From assembly GCF_013076305.1 (NCBI RefSeq), contig NW_027019299.1:9808265-9872264 (forward strand): DNA of 64,000 nucleotides. Reading direction: 5' to 3'. Each line of letters opens with the position of its first letter. Position 1 is the first letter of the stretch. Shown one piece after another: positions 48,400-61,298 of this stretch. The position numbers were made by a program, and so were the translations under genes. The notes under the pieces were generated by a model. It was not told where the DNA came from, did not search any database, and worked only from the letters and a program-made list of their open reading frames with translations. The stretch comes from Rhopilema esculentum. Lineage: Eukaryota.

Positions 48400-49200
48400 G
48401 TAAGTGTCATTTTGCTTCTTTTTTGTGGAGCCACGTAACGCATTGCCCCATCATTTCAATTTTGATTTCATTTTCTTAGATGACTGCGTTGTATTTTGAA
48501 TACAAGGTGCAATATAAGGTAGATCGTTAACTGAATCGATGAATACTCTTTGTGATAATTTTGTGATATTTTGATGCACAGACATACCTGCTTGCAACAA
48601 AAACCAAAAATATTCCTTTTCTTTACTGAGAGAAATTGTGAGCGAGTGACAGGGCTAGGACAGGCCTCCAGTCTCCGACCAGCGACAACCGTTTCTCCCG
48701 ACCTTTCAGTTACGATTATGTTGATTCTATCTGCTTCCAGATTGCTCAAAGCGTTGAACTTATAGCTCATTATTTGTAAATTATAACTCATCAATTTTGA
48801 CCTTCAGAAATATCTCGATGGCTAATGCAGCTAATGCTTGAACGTACCTTAAAATTTAAGATATCTTACTAGCCTTTTCGGGATAATAATTTAACAATGT
48901 TGGACAATTCATTTTGGTCGGATGTCTGACAAAATTTGTCAAGCAGAGCCATTCAGAGCTTCAGAAAGATATTAACGTAAGGGTCTGGCCAATATTTCTT
49001 CAAGTCTTGGTTCTTAGCTCGGGATTATCCACTATAATTCAAAACCAAGTACTTCCCGTTTTTTGAAGGTAATAAATATTTGATCAGTATATGCTGTATC
49101 TATTCAGAGGTTTCCTTTCCTTTTTATCAATTCCAAAATTTTTATTATTCTTTAGGTTGATGATGCGTGTACCTCAAATCCTTATCTTTCTTTTAAATAG

Positions 49201-49468
49201 ATTCTTTCTCGCTGATTCTCTGCTGATATCAAACGGCATTTTCCAAACAGCCTTGCTGCGAATAAGATCCCTCTGCGAGGACGCTTGTAGCAGTGGCAGT
49301 GGCAAATCGAATGAAGAAGATAAGATCACACTTCTAGATACCGAATGGTACAACACCATGGTCCTAGGAGCCTTTTGCGAACGACAGCGCAGTCGAGTGG
49401 TTTCATCGACTAAAAAACTGGCTGCACTTCGGAAAAAAGTCGTTGAAATCGTCACAGATGCTTGTGAG
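49201..49468 (+). CDS. Dynein heavy chain exon 6
   Basis: Acceptor cttttaaatAG|ATTC. An alternative in-frame acceptor at 49156 would add 15 codons. Donor TGTGAG|gtgagg. (K)FFLADSLLISNGIFQTALLRIRSLCEDACSSGSGKSNEEDKITLLDTEWYNTMVLGAFCERQRSRVVSSTKKLAALRKKVVEIVTDACE. Confidence 0.6.
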
Positions 49469-49891
49469 GTGAGGGTCTAACAGTACTTTTTGAATTCCAT
49501 GGTGAATTTGATTTGAACTGAAACGCGTGCTATGACTCATGAAAAGGTCTAAAAAATTCTCCATTCTATTCTATTCCATTTTTCGCCCCCCCCCCTCCCT
49601 CATTAGATTCTCCAGTTTTCGAAGCCAATCAAGAGTTATGCTCGTTTATCTCTTGTGAATTCTTGATAAAATTATTTTGTTTGCTCGAGCAGTTCCATGT
49701 CACGCGAAGCTCGACCCCTTTTTCCAAACATGACTATACCATTCGTGTCCGAAGTTGTTCATTTTTAAATGGGGAAAATTGTTTCTAAAGGTCTTAGTTT
49801 GATAAGATGTCGTAGACCAGAGTTTTCAGTTAGAAGGACAAGTTTCTTTTCAAAAATGCTGTTTAGATTCAATTATTTTTTCTTGTTACAG

Positions 49892-50012
49892 AAAGTAGTC
49901 CAGCTGGAAAAAGAACGCATTGAAGCGACTAGAAAAGATATCGTAGACAATTCAAACAAAAAGTTCACTGGCAACACAAAAGCAAAAGCCAAATCTTTGC
50001 AGCTGACGAAAG
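49892..50012 (+). CDS. Dynein heavy chain exon 7
   Basis: Acceptor cttgttacAG|AAAGTAG, donor GAAAG|gtattt. KVVQLEKERIEATRKDIVDNSNKKFTGNTKAKAKSLQLTK(G). Confidence 0.6.
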
Positions 50013-51029
50013 GTATTTGTCCTTTCATTGCCTTTTGAGACTTTTTTAATGTTTCTCTACAATTTTTTTATAAATTGGTTTGAAAAAAGCAAATACTGTG
50101 AAACATACTCAAGTTTTTCGTCTGACATTCATTAGAGTATAAAACGTTAAAACATGGATCGAAAACTCTACGCTAGAAAGTAAATATACCCAGTTGTGGA
50201 TCGAAATAGGCCAATCAAAAAGACGAGTACGTGACTGTTGAAGTTGCCCACTTAGTGCCGCTTCCCTATTGGAAATATTACTAACGAAGACTAAAGATGC
50301 AAATGAACTCCTTCTGTTTACACAATAGCGGCTGTTTCATGACTGTTTGGATAGATTCCAAAACTGATTTCCTATTTAAAATGTCGCAGATGTAGTTCTA
50401 AGGTGAAAACAAACTCCAGTTTTGGAACCTATCGTCACTTTTTTAAAGCCATTTTTAAATTCTCTACCACAAGAAGATTTTCTTACAACGGTTTGTGTTA
50501 CTGCCTAATAACAGTTTCCTGCATCTCTTTTTTATAGCTTGTTTGAAAGCAAACGTGCCAAACGTGGTATTTTGTATTCGAATCGCTTTTATTTGTTGTG
50601 TCTTAGCTTTGCTTAAGTTCTCTTCACCTAAAAGCGAAAGTTTGAAATACTATAAAGTTATTGCTATTCATATCCATTTGTTCCATTTGTTTTCTATGTA
50701 AGAAATGTATTAGGCCTACCTAGATAGACCAATTGTTTAAAACTGCAAACGTTTACCAGTAGGCTCTTGCATTGGTTGCTGTCGTCTTAATGGGTTGATA
50801 CTGCAAGCTTTATAAAAGTACCAGTTTGTTACACAAATATCTTTACAATATACAAATTGTTTTAAGGGATTGTAAGGACTAAACAAATGCAGAAGTTAGC
50901 TGGCATGGGAAAAATATGGAGTCCGTTGACATTTTAACATTTTCTATACCATGTATCAGGTTATGAGGTTTTGATCTATATATTGCCTTGTTTTTTGATA
51001 ATCAGATTTATGCTAAACAATTTTTTCAG

Positions 51030-51425
51030 AAAAATACGGCATAGGAGACGCAACAGACAAATCCAAGAAGACCAAAGAATCTGAGAAGAACAAGAACCCG
51101 TACAAGTACACCAAATTGGCGGAATGGCGCACCGTTCGCCAAAGGCTTCGTTCGTTTATTCGCTGTGTGGATTTCATGGTAATGGAGCTGCTAAAAAGAC
51201 TGGTGACTGTCTCGGTATCCAGCTTAATTGGGCAGATTGAAGCGTCCGTCAACATGAATAAACGACCGAAATCTAGGGCCATTGATTGGAATGAAAAGAA
51301 AAGAACCAGATTCAGAGATCTGGTGGATATTTTGAAAATTGAATCAAGCATAACCTCTGCCATGTTTGAGTTGGACCTTGTACTTGAAGAGAAAAGAAAT
51401 TATTCCGCAAAAGCAAGATCCCCAG
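51030..51425 (+). CDS. Dynein heavy chain exon 8 (N-terminal stem, DHC_N1-type region)
   Basis: Acceptor ttttttcAG|AAAAAT, donor CCCAG|gtattt. ...YKYTKLAEWRTVRQRLRSFIRCVDFMVMELLKRLVTVSVSSLIGQIEASVNMNKRPKSRAIDWNEKKRTRFRDLVDILKIESSITSAMFELDLVLEEKRNYSAKARSP. Confidence 0.7.
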
Positions 51426-51685
51426 GTATTTTTATGACAAGATCTTTTTAGCACCATTGCCTTAGAAATCGCGTTTACTGCTTCTAAATTGACCTTTTGT
51501 CTATAAAACACCCTTTGAGAAGCATGTCAATTTTTCTATCTGTTCGTTTGTCAGTATATCTTACTGAGAGAGATTCAATATTGCACATTCTTTTAAGGCC
51601 TCTTAAGTGTCAACATTATAAAGATATATCTAGAACTAAATTTAATCGAGAGCTGTCTTCTCTGACTTGCATTTTTTTTGTGAAG

Positions 51686-51906
51686 ATTTGCAAAAGACAG
51701 CAAGGAAAGGTGTTCACTTTTCATCGCTCTCCGATGCAGCTATTGCTGAGGAGGAGGAGTCAAGTTCTTCATTTGAAGAAGATTATGATGAAATGTCTTC
51801 ACAATCTTCCTTCAACGATGGCAACGATGCGATAGAGAAAAGCCACTCTAAACTGTCAATGCGTTCAATAAAGATCTCAGTTGTGCAGCTTTCACCAAAC
51901 TATCAG
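51686..51906 (+). CDS. Dynein heavy chain exon 9 (contains an acidic Ser-rich stretch)
   Basis: Acceptor ttgtgaAG|ATTTGC, donor TATCAG|gtcaat. DLQKTARKGVHFSSLSDAAIAEEEESSSSFEEDYDEMSSQSSFNDGNDAIEKSHSKLSMRSIKISVVQLSPNYQ. Confidence 0.5.
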
Positions 51907-52309
51907 GTCAATATTTTTATCCTTTAGTCTCCAATTCTCTAAATGTAGCTCTCTATTTCAGCACTTATCTCAATCTATTTGCTAATTAACGCTATGGTGT
52001 ATAGAGCAGGAAGGTTCTAAGTTGCAAATCGTCAGGCAACTGTTTAATTTGCCAATTTATACCGATATCTTGCATTCATTCAAGATTGGGTGATTTCGAT
52101 CATCTTTACTGTTGCTCACGACAGTGTGCATTTTGCTCTTTGAAATACAGCTTCCAAACTGGATATTTTATTCATAAGGAAAGAACCTGATGTCAAGCCT
52201 ATTAGCAGCTATTCTCTCTCATTACCCTTCCTTCGTTCTACCAAATGCTTTATAATGTCAGCGGGTCTGTGTTTGATGTGTTGCCTTCATAATAATCTTG
52301 CCTTTTCAG

Positions 52310-52594
52310 GATTTTGAATCACAACTTCTGGACGTAATATACCAGTTTGAGCAATCAATTACGTCATTCACGAGCTTACTGAAAGAGCCTGGTTTGCAAC
52401 AATTTATTGATGAAAGAGAGACTATTCTTATCTTAGAATGTGATAAAGAGGCGATGGAGTTAAGCCGCTCGCATGAGAAGCCTTGGCCGAGTGTCGAACT
52501 GCTCTTTGGCTCCGATGATGAATACCAAAGATACATTGCAGATATCGTGCAGCATATTTCTGTGGAGATAAGAAATGTGGAGGAGTATGCTGAT
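52310..52594 (+). CDS. Dynein heavy chain exon 10
   Basis: Acceptor cttttcAG|GATTTTG, donor GCTGAT|gtaagt. DFESQLLDVIYQFEQSITSFTSLLKEPGLQQFIDERETILILECDKEAMELSRSHEKPWPSVELLFGSDDEYQRYIADIVQHISVEIRNVEEYAD. Confidence 0.7.
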
Positions 52595-52875
52595 GTAAGT
52601 ATATGTTTGGCTGTTAATTCCAGTTTCATCATTATTGGCTCCCAGATTTTGTATTTTCGTATATCTAGGCCTTTATGCGTAGGTATAAGCAGTTCAAACG
52701 CGCAGTATTTGAGTTAATTATCTAACATAAAAAATGTATGGTATAATTATTGCTTCAAAAAGAATGGTAGATTTTTTAATGTCAAGCTTACTTGTGAAAG
52801 ACAAAATCGTCGAATGAATTAGTTTGTTGTTCTACATCTACCTTGGTTTTCATAACGATATTTTGTGCCATGTAG

Positions 52876-52998
52876 ATGTTTGTTGATTTCTGCAATATGG
52901 TCGACACAGCAAGTAAAGTCAATGTGGAGAGGGCTCTGCAAAGGCAAGTATGGAGCGCTGATCAGTTCAATGCAGTACTTGGCCAATTCACAGATCAG
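52876..52998 (+). CDS. Dynein heavy chain exon 11
   Basis: Acceptor ccatgtAG|ATGTTTG, donor GATCAG|gtatgc. MFVDFCNMVDTASKVNVERALQRQVWSADQFNAVLGQFTDQ. Confidence 0.6.
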
Positions 52999-53387
52999 GT
53001 ATGCAAACATATCTGTCGGTATCTGTTACCTAAATAAAAAATAAAAATTTTGAATAAGAAACGTAACTAGTATAAACCTGTATTCATAACAAGTTCACTG
53101 TATAGCAATACATTGATAATGAATAACAGGTGATTGTAAAAATTCAGAAAACATTTTAAATGGGGAGGGGGGGATGGCGAGGATGGTGGTAGAAAAGAGG
53201 GCTATGCTGCATTGTTGATACTCGAGACAAAACACTCATCTTTCTTCAAGTTGGAAAGAGGATGATAAAGGTCTCCTCTGCTCAAATGTGCCAAAACTAA
53301 GAATTATGGAAATAGTCACAGGCAATTCCAGTCGTCTTTCGATTCTGACTTGTTTTACTCATGATCGGATTTTTCCCTTGCCTTAAG

Positions 53388-53561
53388 ATATCTGCAATGA
53401 GCAGCATGGCTGACGAAAAGAGAGTCGGTATGTTCTTGGTGAAATCAGTGAAGTTTAGAGAATCCTGCTTGCCATACCCACAAGGAATTGTTGCTGCCGT
53501 TAGTCACCATCTTCCGCAAATATCTTGTTCAAGGAATGAGGCTCTGCTCAAAGTGATCAAG
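53388..53561 (+). CDS. Dynein heavy chain exon 12
   Basis: Acceptor gccttaAG|ATATCTG, donor ATCAAG|gtagtt. ISAMSSMADEKRVGMFLVKSVKFRESCLPYPQGIVAAVSHHLPQISCSRNEALLKVIK. Confidence 0.6.
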
Positions 53562-53668
53562 GTAGTTATTACTCGGAATTCCTTTTTATTTATATGTTTC
53601 ATTTAAAATTGTTTCTCTTTCTGCCAAGACGTCAATTTTCTGATTTTTTTCCGTTCTATATTCCCCAG

Positions 53669-53887
53669 AGCTCTGAACTAAAACTTGAAAGGACACCGTT
53701 CACTGTCGAAGATTTCGTCGAGCATCTTGCTTTCTTGGCACGCATGTCCAACGAAGTGCCATCTTTAGACAAAGAGTTCAAAGTAGTTTCTGGATTGTTT
53801 CAAATTGCCATCAAATTCTCCCTGGATTTTAGTGCAGAAGAATGGGCTCTTTACAGAACCCTTGGTCCTAGTTTTACCCAACTCAAG
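53669..53887 (+). CDS. Dynein heavy chain exon 13
   Basis: Acceptor ttccccAG|AGCTCT, donor CTCAAG|gtttgt. SSELKLERTPFTVEDFVEHLAFLARMSNEVPSLDKEFKVVSGLFQIAIKFSLDFSAEEWALYRTLGPSFTQLK. Confidence 0.7.
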
Positions 53888-54396
53888 GTTTGTTCGATAT
53901 TCTTATTAAATTGTCCTCCGTTTTTTTTGCATTTGCTTCAATTTTCTTTTGATTAAAACCCCGAATTGTGTTGATTGATAGGTTTATTTCCAGTTGATTT
54001 GCCTGAATTTCTGCTATTGTAAGTGTTTCCCAAGCATTAGACCAGTTACTATTGCGATAACTTCCAATGTGGCACAAGATGTAACGATAAGGGCAGTGTA
54101 AAAAGGGTAAGTATCTTGGTTCAAATTATTACTCTTTCAACAGTTGTAATGCACCTTTTGGAAAGATGTACTCACTAACTTACGGTTAATTTGTACGTGA
54201 ACTCGCATGATCCCCTCTGAGAAATCTTGAATATCTGTTGTCAGAATGCGTAAGGCTCCAGTAAATAATCTTCGTTTAGGCACATGTACTTCATAAGATC
54301 ACTAAAGAATCTGAAAATGCCTGATTTTGTTTGATCTTTTTATCAGGCAACATATCTTTATTGACCTGTTCTATATCTCAAATTTATATTTATTAG

Positions 54397-54689
54397 GCAA
54401 CGATTCTTTACTGCGAGGCAAAAAAAGACGAACATATACAAAAATTCATGAAAGATCTCAAGAACATGGTCGCTGAATTGAGAAAGTATTTGCACAACGT
54501 CAAGAACAAGGTGCGCTCCCCAGTGCTTCTCGATGAAGACGTGGTGCCACAAGCTGCTATGGAAAACATTACAATGTTGATGGAAGATGTTGAACTGATT
54601 GGCCAAAGATCCCGAAATTATGCAAGCTATCAAGATAGATTTGGTGATGCCCTGTCGACAGCCGTCAAAAAGAGATCGCTTATGCTAGA
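54397..54689 (+). CDS. Dynein heavy chain exon 14
   Basis: Acceptor tttattAG|GCAACG, donor CTAGA|gtaagt (phase 2). ATILYCEAKKDEHIQKFMKDLKNMVAELRKYLHNVKNKVRSPVLLDEDVVPQAAMENITMLMEDVELIGQRSRNYASYQDRFGDALSTAVKKRSLML. Confidence 0.7.
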
Positions 54690-55588
54690 GTAAGTTTCAT
54701 TTGCTAAGGAACTTTAGAAATGTCTGTAAGTGTAATAGGAGGCTTTTACAAGGCCCATCCGCAAAAAATAGCTATTAGAGGGCTAACTGTATAATAAAGT
54801 AAGATTATGGTGTCCTCCTCCTCCCCGCGTACCACGCAAAGCTCATAAGACCCACGAAATGTACCCAGCAATACATAGGCTCGGAATTCATCTTAATCGA
54901 CGTTCTGCAAAGAAGAAAAATGTATTTTAGTTATTAGACTTCCAGTAGGCCATTCTCGGTTGATGTGTTGGGATCATTTGTCCCTTGTTTTTTTGCTTCT
55001 AATACAGTGACTTGGCCACCTCTACATACCAAAGTCATTTTTTGGACTCTGTATAAACTGGTTGGAAAAACCCATTAGGTTCTTAAGCTTTCAACTTTTA
55101 GGATATTCATGGTTCTATGTGTTTAATACTCAAAGAAGTAAATCCCGCACAGAAGAACCAAGTAATTCAAGACATAAAGGCTGCCCCTCTCTGTTTTTAC
55201 ATCTATTTCCCCTGAACATCTATTTTCATATGGCAACTCTGTCGTCAGGCATCATCCCCAAAGTTCAGCGCAAAATGTCCCTTTTAAATGAGAACCTTTG
55301 TAAGAAGCTTCCCCATATGCACCAGACCCAACAATAGTGGTGCACTTGAACCAGTAGATTCTTCTTTTAAGGTCTTTGCTCTAGTAGATACTGAAAACAC
55401 CGAACATCGATTGTGATATTGCTCCAGTTTCATCTCAATTAAGGTTTACTCTTAAGTCTTCTTAAGTACTTTATGATGAAGTAATGATTAACCATTTAGA
55501 GTAAGTCAGAGAACCAAAATCCAAAATACATTGGTTTTGCTATTGGCAAACAACGTTGGTAATGATGATACGTGTCATATTTTTTTAG

Positions 55589-55827
55589 GGAGACTGGTTA
55601 CGGCATTTCTGATCCGAACCTGAACTCTGCCTCAGTTTCCGCTCTTCAAAACGATTTATCAGAAGTGGAACGTGATCTGACCCTGCGAAAATTGTTATGG
55701 GAATCGATGGAAGAATGGGAGGTGCTTGTCAACCAATGGAAATCCACGCATTTTGACGCTCTAGCTGTTGATGATGTTCAGAAAGACGTCACAAGATTCG
55801 TGCAAACTGTATTCCTTTTGGAGAAAG
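55589..55827 (+). CDS. Dynein heavy chain exon 15
   Basis: Acceptor tttttttAG|GGAGAC, donor GAAAG|gtccgt (phase 1). (E)ETGYGISDPNLNSASVSALQNDLSEVERDLTLRKLLWESMEEWEVLVNQWKSTHFDALAVDDVQKDVTRFVQTVFLLEK. Confidence 0.7.
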
Positions 55828-56098
55828 GTCCGTTAATGACGTCACTTTACAATTTTATCCTGCTTTATCGTGGTTGAAAGGAGATTAGCATTTAACACCG
55901 TTCTACATAAGGAGGCTTGCTTGTTTATGACTAGCTGTTTGATAGCCTAGAAATGGTTCTTTCTGTAGTCATTTTGTGCCATATGTTTGTGTAAATTAAC
56001 TTGCCAACTTGCTATTTTGTCCTACATGAAGATTTATTAATTGACTCCCTGGCTATTTGAGAAATTTCTTGGCCTTTCAACATGCAGTTCTATGCTAG

Positions 56099-56289
56099 GT
56101 CTTCCACCGAATCCAGTTGTTCCAAAATTAAAGAAGAAGGTCATGAAGTTTAAGCAGGGTATGCCCGTTATTAGTAGCTTGCGAAACACAGCCCTTCGGG
56201 AAAGGCATTGGAATGAAATACAAGAAATCATTGGCACCAAAGTAGTGAGAGACAAGTTGTTTACATTGGGTGATTTGTTACAGTTAAAG
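56099..56289 (+). CDS. Dynein heavy chain exon 16 (conserved LRNxALRERHW linker motif)
   Basis: Acceptor atgctAG|GTCTTCC (phase 1), donor TTAAAG|gttagt. GLPPNPVVPKLKKKVMKFKQGMPVISSLRNTALRERHWNEIQEIIGTKVVRDKLFTLGDLLQLK. The upstream AG at 56086 is out of phase. Confidence 0.75.
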
Positions 56290-57282
56290 GTTAGTCTCTA
56301 AACTAATTTATATCGTATAGTTACAGTGAATGCCCACACGATATTATTATCAAAAACAATTTTATTTACTTAAGTGTGTTAATCAAAACGGTAGATGCTC
56401 GGGTGATTCAGCAATTACATTCTGTACAATCACTGCCAAAAGTCTTGGAACACTAACGTAGGTTTTCAAAGGCAAATCCAGCCATCCCCCTCTCCCCCTA
56501 GGAACAATGTTGATTTATGATAGAAAATTGAAAGGGGTTATGGAGTATGCGTCTTCTTGTGGATTTTTTGATATTTTTCTTTACTTTCAACATTGTTTTA
56601 GGGGGAACGGGGGACGGAAGTAGTAGTATTCGGTAAAACAAATGAAAAACAGAAAAGCACAGCGCAAAGTAATTTTAGCAGTGATTGTAGGTGGTTTACG
56701 TCCGCGGATTCATTTTAATTTTCTGTTGTTTGAATTCAAGTACTATAAAGATACGTAGTATATCCATAGCTACGATTTGTTTTTTATTCTTGGTAAAGAA
56801 TTCTTGCAAAGGATATTAATCCAATGTCCCAGTGCTGTTTAATAGAAATGCCAGCCAAATATCAGACGGTGATGAAAAGCGAAACATTCTGTGAAAAATG
56901 TAAGACCCATGTGTGATAATTTGCTTAAAGAATAGGGGCTAATTTTGGAGGGATCATTCGAAGGAGGGGGCGTAATTGAGTATCTACGGTCTATGGGACT
57001 GTCGCCTCTAATTTGTTGATTTTCTGTTATAGCAAAACCTTGTTTCACACGTGGAAAGTTTGATTAATAGTTTTGTATGTAGAACAAGGATTTAGCAATA
57101 GTACTTGCACCAAACGGTGTTCTTTACTCTCATTTGTGAAGCCTCAATACGTAAAGGGGTGGGGCTGCTTTTGCTATCAGCCGGCTGTTACTCGTTTGCT
57201 TGTAAAATCATGAAGCATGTTCTATTGACAATTGGATAATCGACGTTTAGGGCATTTCAGATAATCCTTTTCGTACGCACAG

Positions 57283-57363
57283 ATATTTCAATACAAAGAG
57301 AAGATTGCAGAAATATCCTCGCAAGCAAGTAACGAAGCAACTCTTGAGCAAATGTTGCAGCGG
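57283..57363 (+). CDS. Dynein heavy chain exon 17
   Basis: Acceptor cgcacAG|ATATTTC, donor CAGCGG|gtgagt. IFQYKEKIAEISSQASNEATLEQMLQR. Confidence 0.6.
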
Positions 57364-58440
57364 GTGAGTTACCTACACATTAATGTAACGATATTCAAAT
57401 ATTTTTTTACTTTTCATACTTGATGAACACTTGATCTTTTATAAAAAGCTAAGAGTATCCATTGGGCAATCTTTTATATCTAGAGAAAAATGGACTTGTT
57501 TATGATTATAATCAGGCTCCTTTCTATTTGACTTTGAATCTGTTTCGTTTTGTTATTTTACCCGAACCAACCATTTTTAATCTTTCAGCCTTACGTTTCT
57601 TAAGTTTTTTCTGCTTTGAAAGTCTATAAAAAAGTAGTATCTTGAGTGCATCATAAATAAGAATGAATAACATCATCAACTCGCATCATAAATAAGAGTG
57701 AATATTAGAAATTAACACAACGCTTTGGGTCTCCAAACATGATAATAGCGTTGGTGCCTGAATGACCTTTATTTAACTAACTGAAGAACATTCACACACA
57801 CCGAAGGGGTGAGGGTAGTCATAAAAAAGATGATGTTACACGTATTTGCTATGGTAACAATATATATAGGCAGAATTTTTTTCATTATTGTGCTGGGAGA
57901 GATGTTCCAATATTGTCTACCAAAGTATGTTTTCGCTGGCATGGGTATATATTTCTTAGAAAAGGAACGATACCCAACAATTTTAATACTCAATGGCTGA
58001 CTATCTGGCTAGAATCCTAATGAGATTTAGAAATGGTTCCTTTAAAAAGTGCATGGTATGGTGAACTATCAAAGATTGTACTTGCGTCTTGCGCAGTTTT
58101 GAAATCTAGGCCCTTTAGTGGCTGTTTTGCTCCAGGTTGATGAAATTCGTAAACGTTTTCAGGCTATCTACAATATCCACTAAAAGTCTTGGTTCGCTTC
58201 ACTAAATTTTTTAACATTTTATGCTACCCCTTCTCTACCCCACTCCCCCCATCCCTTCTCCCTCTGAACAATGTTGTTTTACACCATGTTAAACGATGCG
58301 GTGTGGTCTGATTGATTCCTTTCAGTGGCTATGATATTTAACTCTACAAACAACATTGTTCTTGGGGAGAGGTTTTATATCAGAAATAGTTCTATTTTCA
58401 AAACAAGACAGTAGCATGTACACCAAACCTCTATTTTAAG

Positions 58441-58626
58441 ATGTTATCACATTCCCATTTCTTCAAGGTCATCGAATACTGGAATTTCACCGATTTTCAG
58501 CTTGTTGCTCATACAAGCAGAGACATTGCAATAATTGTGAGTGCGGATGAAATTATCACTACACTTGAAGAATGTCAAGTCACACTTGGCAATATCAAAG
58601 GATCTCGATTTTCACAGCCAATCAAG
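58441..58626 (+). CDS. Dynein heavy chain exon 18
   Basis: Acceptor ctattttaAG|ATGTTA, donor ATCAAG|gtgaat. MLSHSHFFKVIEYWNFTDFQLVAHTSRDIAIIVSADEIITTLEECQVTLGNIKGSRFSQPIK. The SSRF..P motif is typical of the dynein linker. Confidence 0.7.
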
Positions 58627-59119
58627 GTGAATGCTTTTCTGAGATAAGTTTGAAATGAATACTTTGTAATTCTACTGCATGCTTTCCCTTTAAACACCCT
58701 TTTTCATTTCTTGCAAACAGGTTTTGGTATTAAATATCAAATTTTGATATGCAGCTGATATGCCAAATTCCATTATCTTTCTCAAATCTTCTGAATGCCA
58801 TTATATCAATAAAAATGAAGGTGAAGTTATCACTTTTCATATGATACATTTAAACGTTTTCTTGCACAACTCTTTGCTTTAGGTCAAGTTTAGTGATTTC
58901 ATGAAGTGGCTGACCCAGTAGCAAATACCATAACACTGTCCTAACCAATACTAAGACACTTTAGCAATGTAAATTGATACAATAATGTTCTTTGAGTAAA
59001 CAAATAATCAACAATCATATTTATCATTTTACCTTTTTCAACTTGTAATAATCTTAAAATCTCAACCCTTACACTAGTTTACTATGTAAAAGATTATTTA
59101 ATTCTTTTTCTTGTTCCAG

Positions 59120-59241
59120 GGTCTTGTCGAAGAATGGGAACGAAAACTGAATTTGTTTGGCAGAACATTTGAAGAGTGGATGCTTGTACAACGCAACTGG
59201 CTGTATCTGGAAACAATATTCTCGGCTGCAGATATCCAAAG
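59120..59241 (+). CDS. Dynein heavy chain exon 19
   Basis: Acceptor cttgttccAG|GGTCTTG, donor CAAAG|gtagga (phase 2). GLVEEWERKLNLFGRTFEEWMLVQRNWLYLETIFSAADIQ(R). Matches the conserved W..VQ..W.YLE.IF.S.DI pattern. Confidence 0.8.
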
Positions 59242-59383
59242 GTAGGACACATGGTCCGTTGGCACATTTTATGCTAGGGCACGCGTTTGTTTCATTTGAC
59301 TGGGATCTTCTTCAGCTTTCCCTTGTCTATTGTTGAAATTTTTTGATTTCCGAGTCTCGTGATAATTTTTTTTCGTTTTGAAG

Positions 59384-59493
59384 ACAATTGCCAAACGAAT
59401 CAAAACTATTCAATGTCGTTGACAAGAACTGGAAGGACATCATGCGCAGAGTCATTGATAATCCGAATGCTCTCAAAGCCTCAACCGCGGCAG
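59384..59493 (+). CDS. Dynein heavy chain exon 20
   Basis: Acceptor cgttttgaAG|ACAATTG, donor GGCAG|gtaggc. (R)QLPNESKLFNVVDKNWKDIMRRVIDNPNALKASTAA(G). Confidence 0.8.
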
Positions 59494-59948
59494 GTAGGCT
59501 ATTTTCTTTGTAAGCTGATTCCAGTTTATTAACATAGATTCAGATATAAAAAGAACCAATTTATAAAGATAACTCTAAATAGTACATAGCATGGAACTGT
59601 GATTGTTTTATTGAATTTTAAAAGTTTTTGGAAACTTTTTTACCGTTTAGCTTTTAGAAAAGCTTTAATTGGCGTGCAATAGTTTACTAGGTACACTTCC
59701 CATGCAAGACAATAAAAATCTGTCACTTCGGCTGACATTGAGGCCTCAAGCTAGCACCGCCCCACTTGGTATAACGACAAGCGTTAAGTTTGGGTCATAA
59801 GTTCGCGCTCGAATTTGTGTTGCTCTGGGTAAAGAGGTCATTAATGTAGGATAGGATAAAGTCATAACTGTGGAATTTACTTTTGTTTCAATTGTGCTGA
59901 AACGATTTTATACCGCGTTCTATTTTGTAAAGTGCTTTGTGTCTCCAG

Positions 59949-60010
59949 GTGTTCTTGAGATTTTACAGTCATGCAATACAAATCTTGAGAAAGTTCACAG
60001 GTCTTTGGAA
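59949..60010 (+). CDS. Dynein heavy chain exon 21
   Basis: Acceptor tgtctccAG|GTGTTC, donor TTGGAA|gtaagt. (G)VLEILQSCNTNLEKVHRSLE. Confidence 0.75.
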
Positions 60011-60425
60011 GTAAGTTTTCTGGATTTGTCTTTTTTCACTCAAACACTTCAGAAACTTCAGGGTGTATTTTGTGGACCGTTACTTTCTAGATAGTAAGAC
60101 CTTGATCTCCTACCTGGAACTTCTTTCTGGTCAATAACTAACCACATTATCCTTAAATTATCTTTTTTCATTTTAACTCTTTTCTACGCTATATTTTTAT
60201 TTTCTTTTCCTATTGTAAAATATGATAATAGTATAATGATATTGATGTTCAATATTTTGTTTTTCTGATAATTTTGTTAACAATTTTATGCCATCTCTCT
60301 AATCATCCTTCATATAGATTCATCTATTAACTCTGAAACTTTATTCCTGAAATCGAATTAATAAAAGAATTGTCATTTCTAACTTCTTTATCAATATTGA
60401 AATTTATCGAAATTTGTTTTTTTAG

Positions 60426-60649
60426 GACTACCTGGAAACAAAGCGCCTCGTTTTCGCAAGATTCTACTTCCTCAGCAACGAAGAGCTTTTGGATATCCTC
60501 GCCAATACTAAGAACCCTGCAGCAGTTCAGCCTCATTTGAAGAAATGTTTCGGCAATGTACAGGCCTTGGTGTTTCACCGAGAAACGCGAGCAACGCCCA
60601 CTGTTATATCTATGATCTCAGAAGAAGACGAACGCTTGCCCTTGGCGAA
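60426..60649 (+). CDS. Dynein heavy chain exon 22
   Basis: Acceptor tttttttAG|GACTAC, donor GCGAA|gtaaga (phase 2). [74 protein letters not shown](K). Confidence 0.8.
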
Positions 60650-61074
60650 GTAAGAAGCATTCCAAGTATCTTGATTACTTGATTAAAGTAACTTGATACA
60701 GTGATTAAAAAGTTATGGCAATGGGGTTTGTCATATAAAATACGAAAGTATAACAAAATTGATAACAATTTTGATTTGACAAAGTCAAGCCATCACGCAT
60801 TTTGTAAAATGTTAAGACTAGAATTTTACGGAAGCTCATATTTCGCTGAAAATTCTTTGAAGTCAATATTTTAAACCTCATATGGGTCGATTTTCAAGCT
60901 CCACTGAAGTCAATTTACGGCTATATTAGTATGCTTCAATTTTGTTTGGGAATCCATTTGTATCGCTCATTAGACCTGATACCAACATCAACCCTAGCCT
61001 TGTTCAAGGAATTTTATTCGTTTTCAGATTTGGTATTTGGTTAAAAAAGCGTTTTAAATTTTGCTTTTTTGTAG

Positions 61075-61149
61075 AAACGTGCGTGCCACAGGGCCTGTTG
61101 AGCAATGGCTGTTGAATGTGGAGCATACCATGTTCGACACTGTCAAACT
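61075..61149 (+). CDS. Dynein heavy chain exon 23
   Basis: Acceptor ttttttgtAG|AAACGTG, donor AAACT|gtaagt. (K)NVRATGPVEQWLLNVEHTMFDTVK(L). Confidence 0.75.
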
Positions 61150-61298
61150 GTAAGTGTGATTCTTGCCATTAACGCATTTCTTTCTTTATTGATGATTTAA
61201 TGAATTTTAAACAAAGATTTTCATGAGCATTATAATATTCTAATGACAGTATGAATTATTTTCACATGTTATTCTTTGACCGTGTATTCAATTTTCAG

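Noticed and set aside
49091-49200. N-terminal part of ORF 49091-49480 (MLYLFRGFLSFLSIPKFLLFFRLMMRVPQILIFLLNRFF)
   Set aside because: It is a pyrimidine-rich tract upstream of the acceptor at 49200 and is intronic. Only the part from 49201 shows dynein-like sequence. An in-frame alternative acceptor at 49156 cannot be fully excluded.
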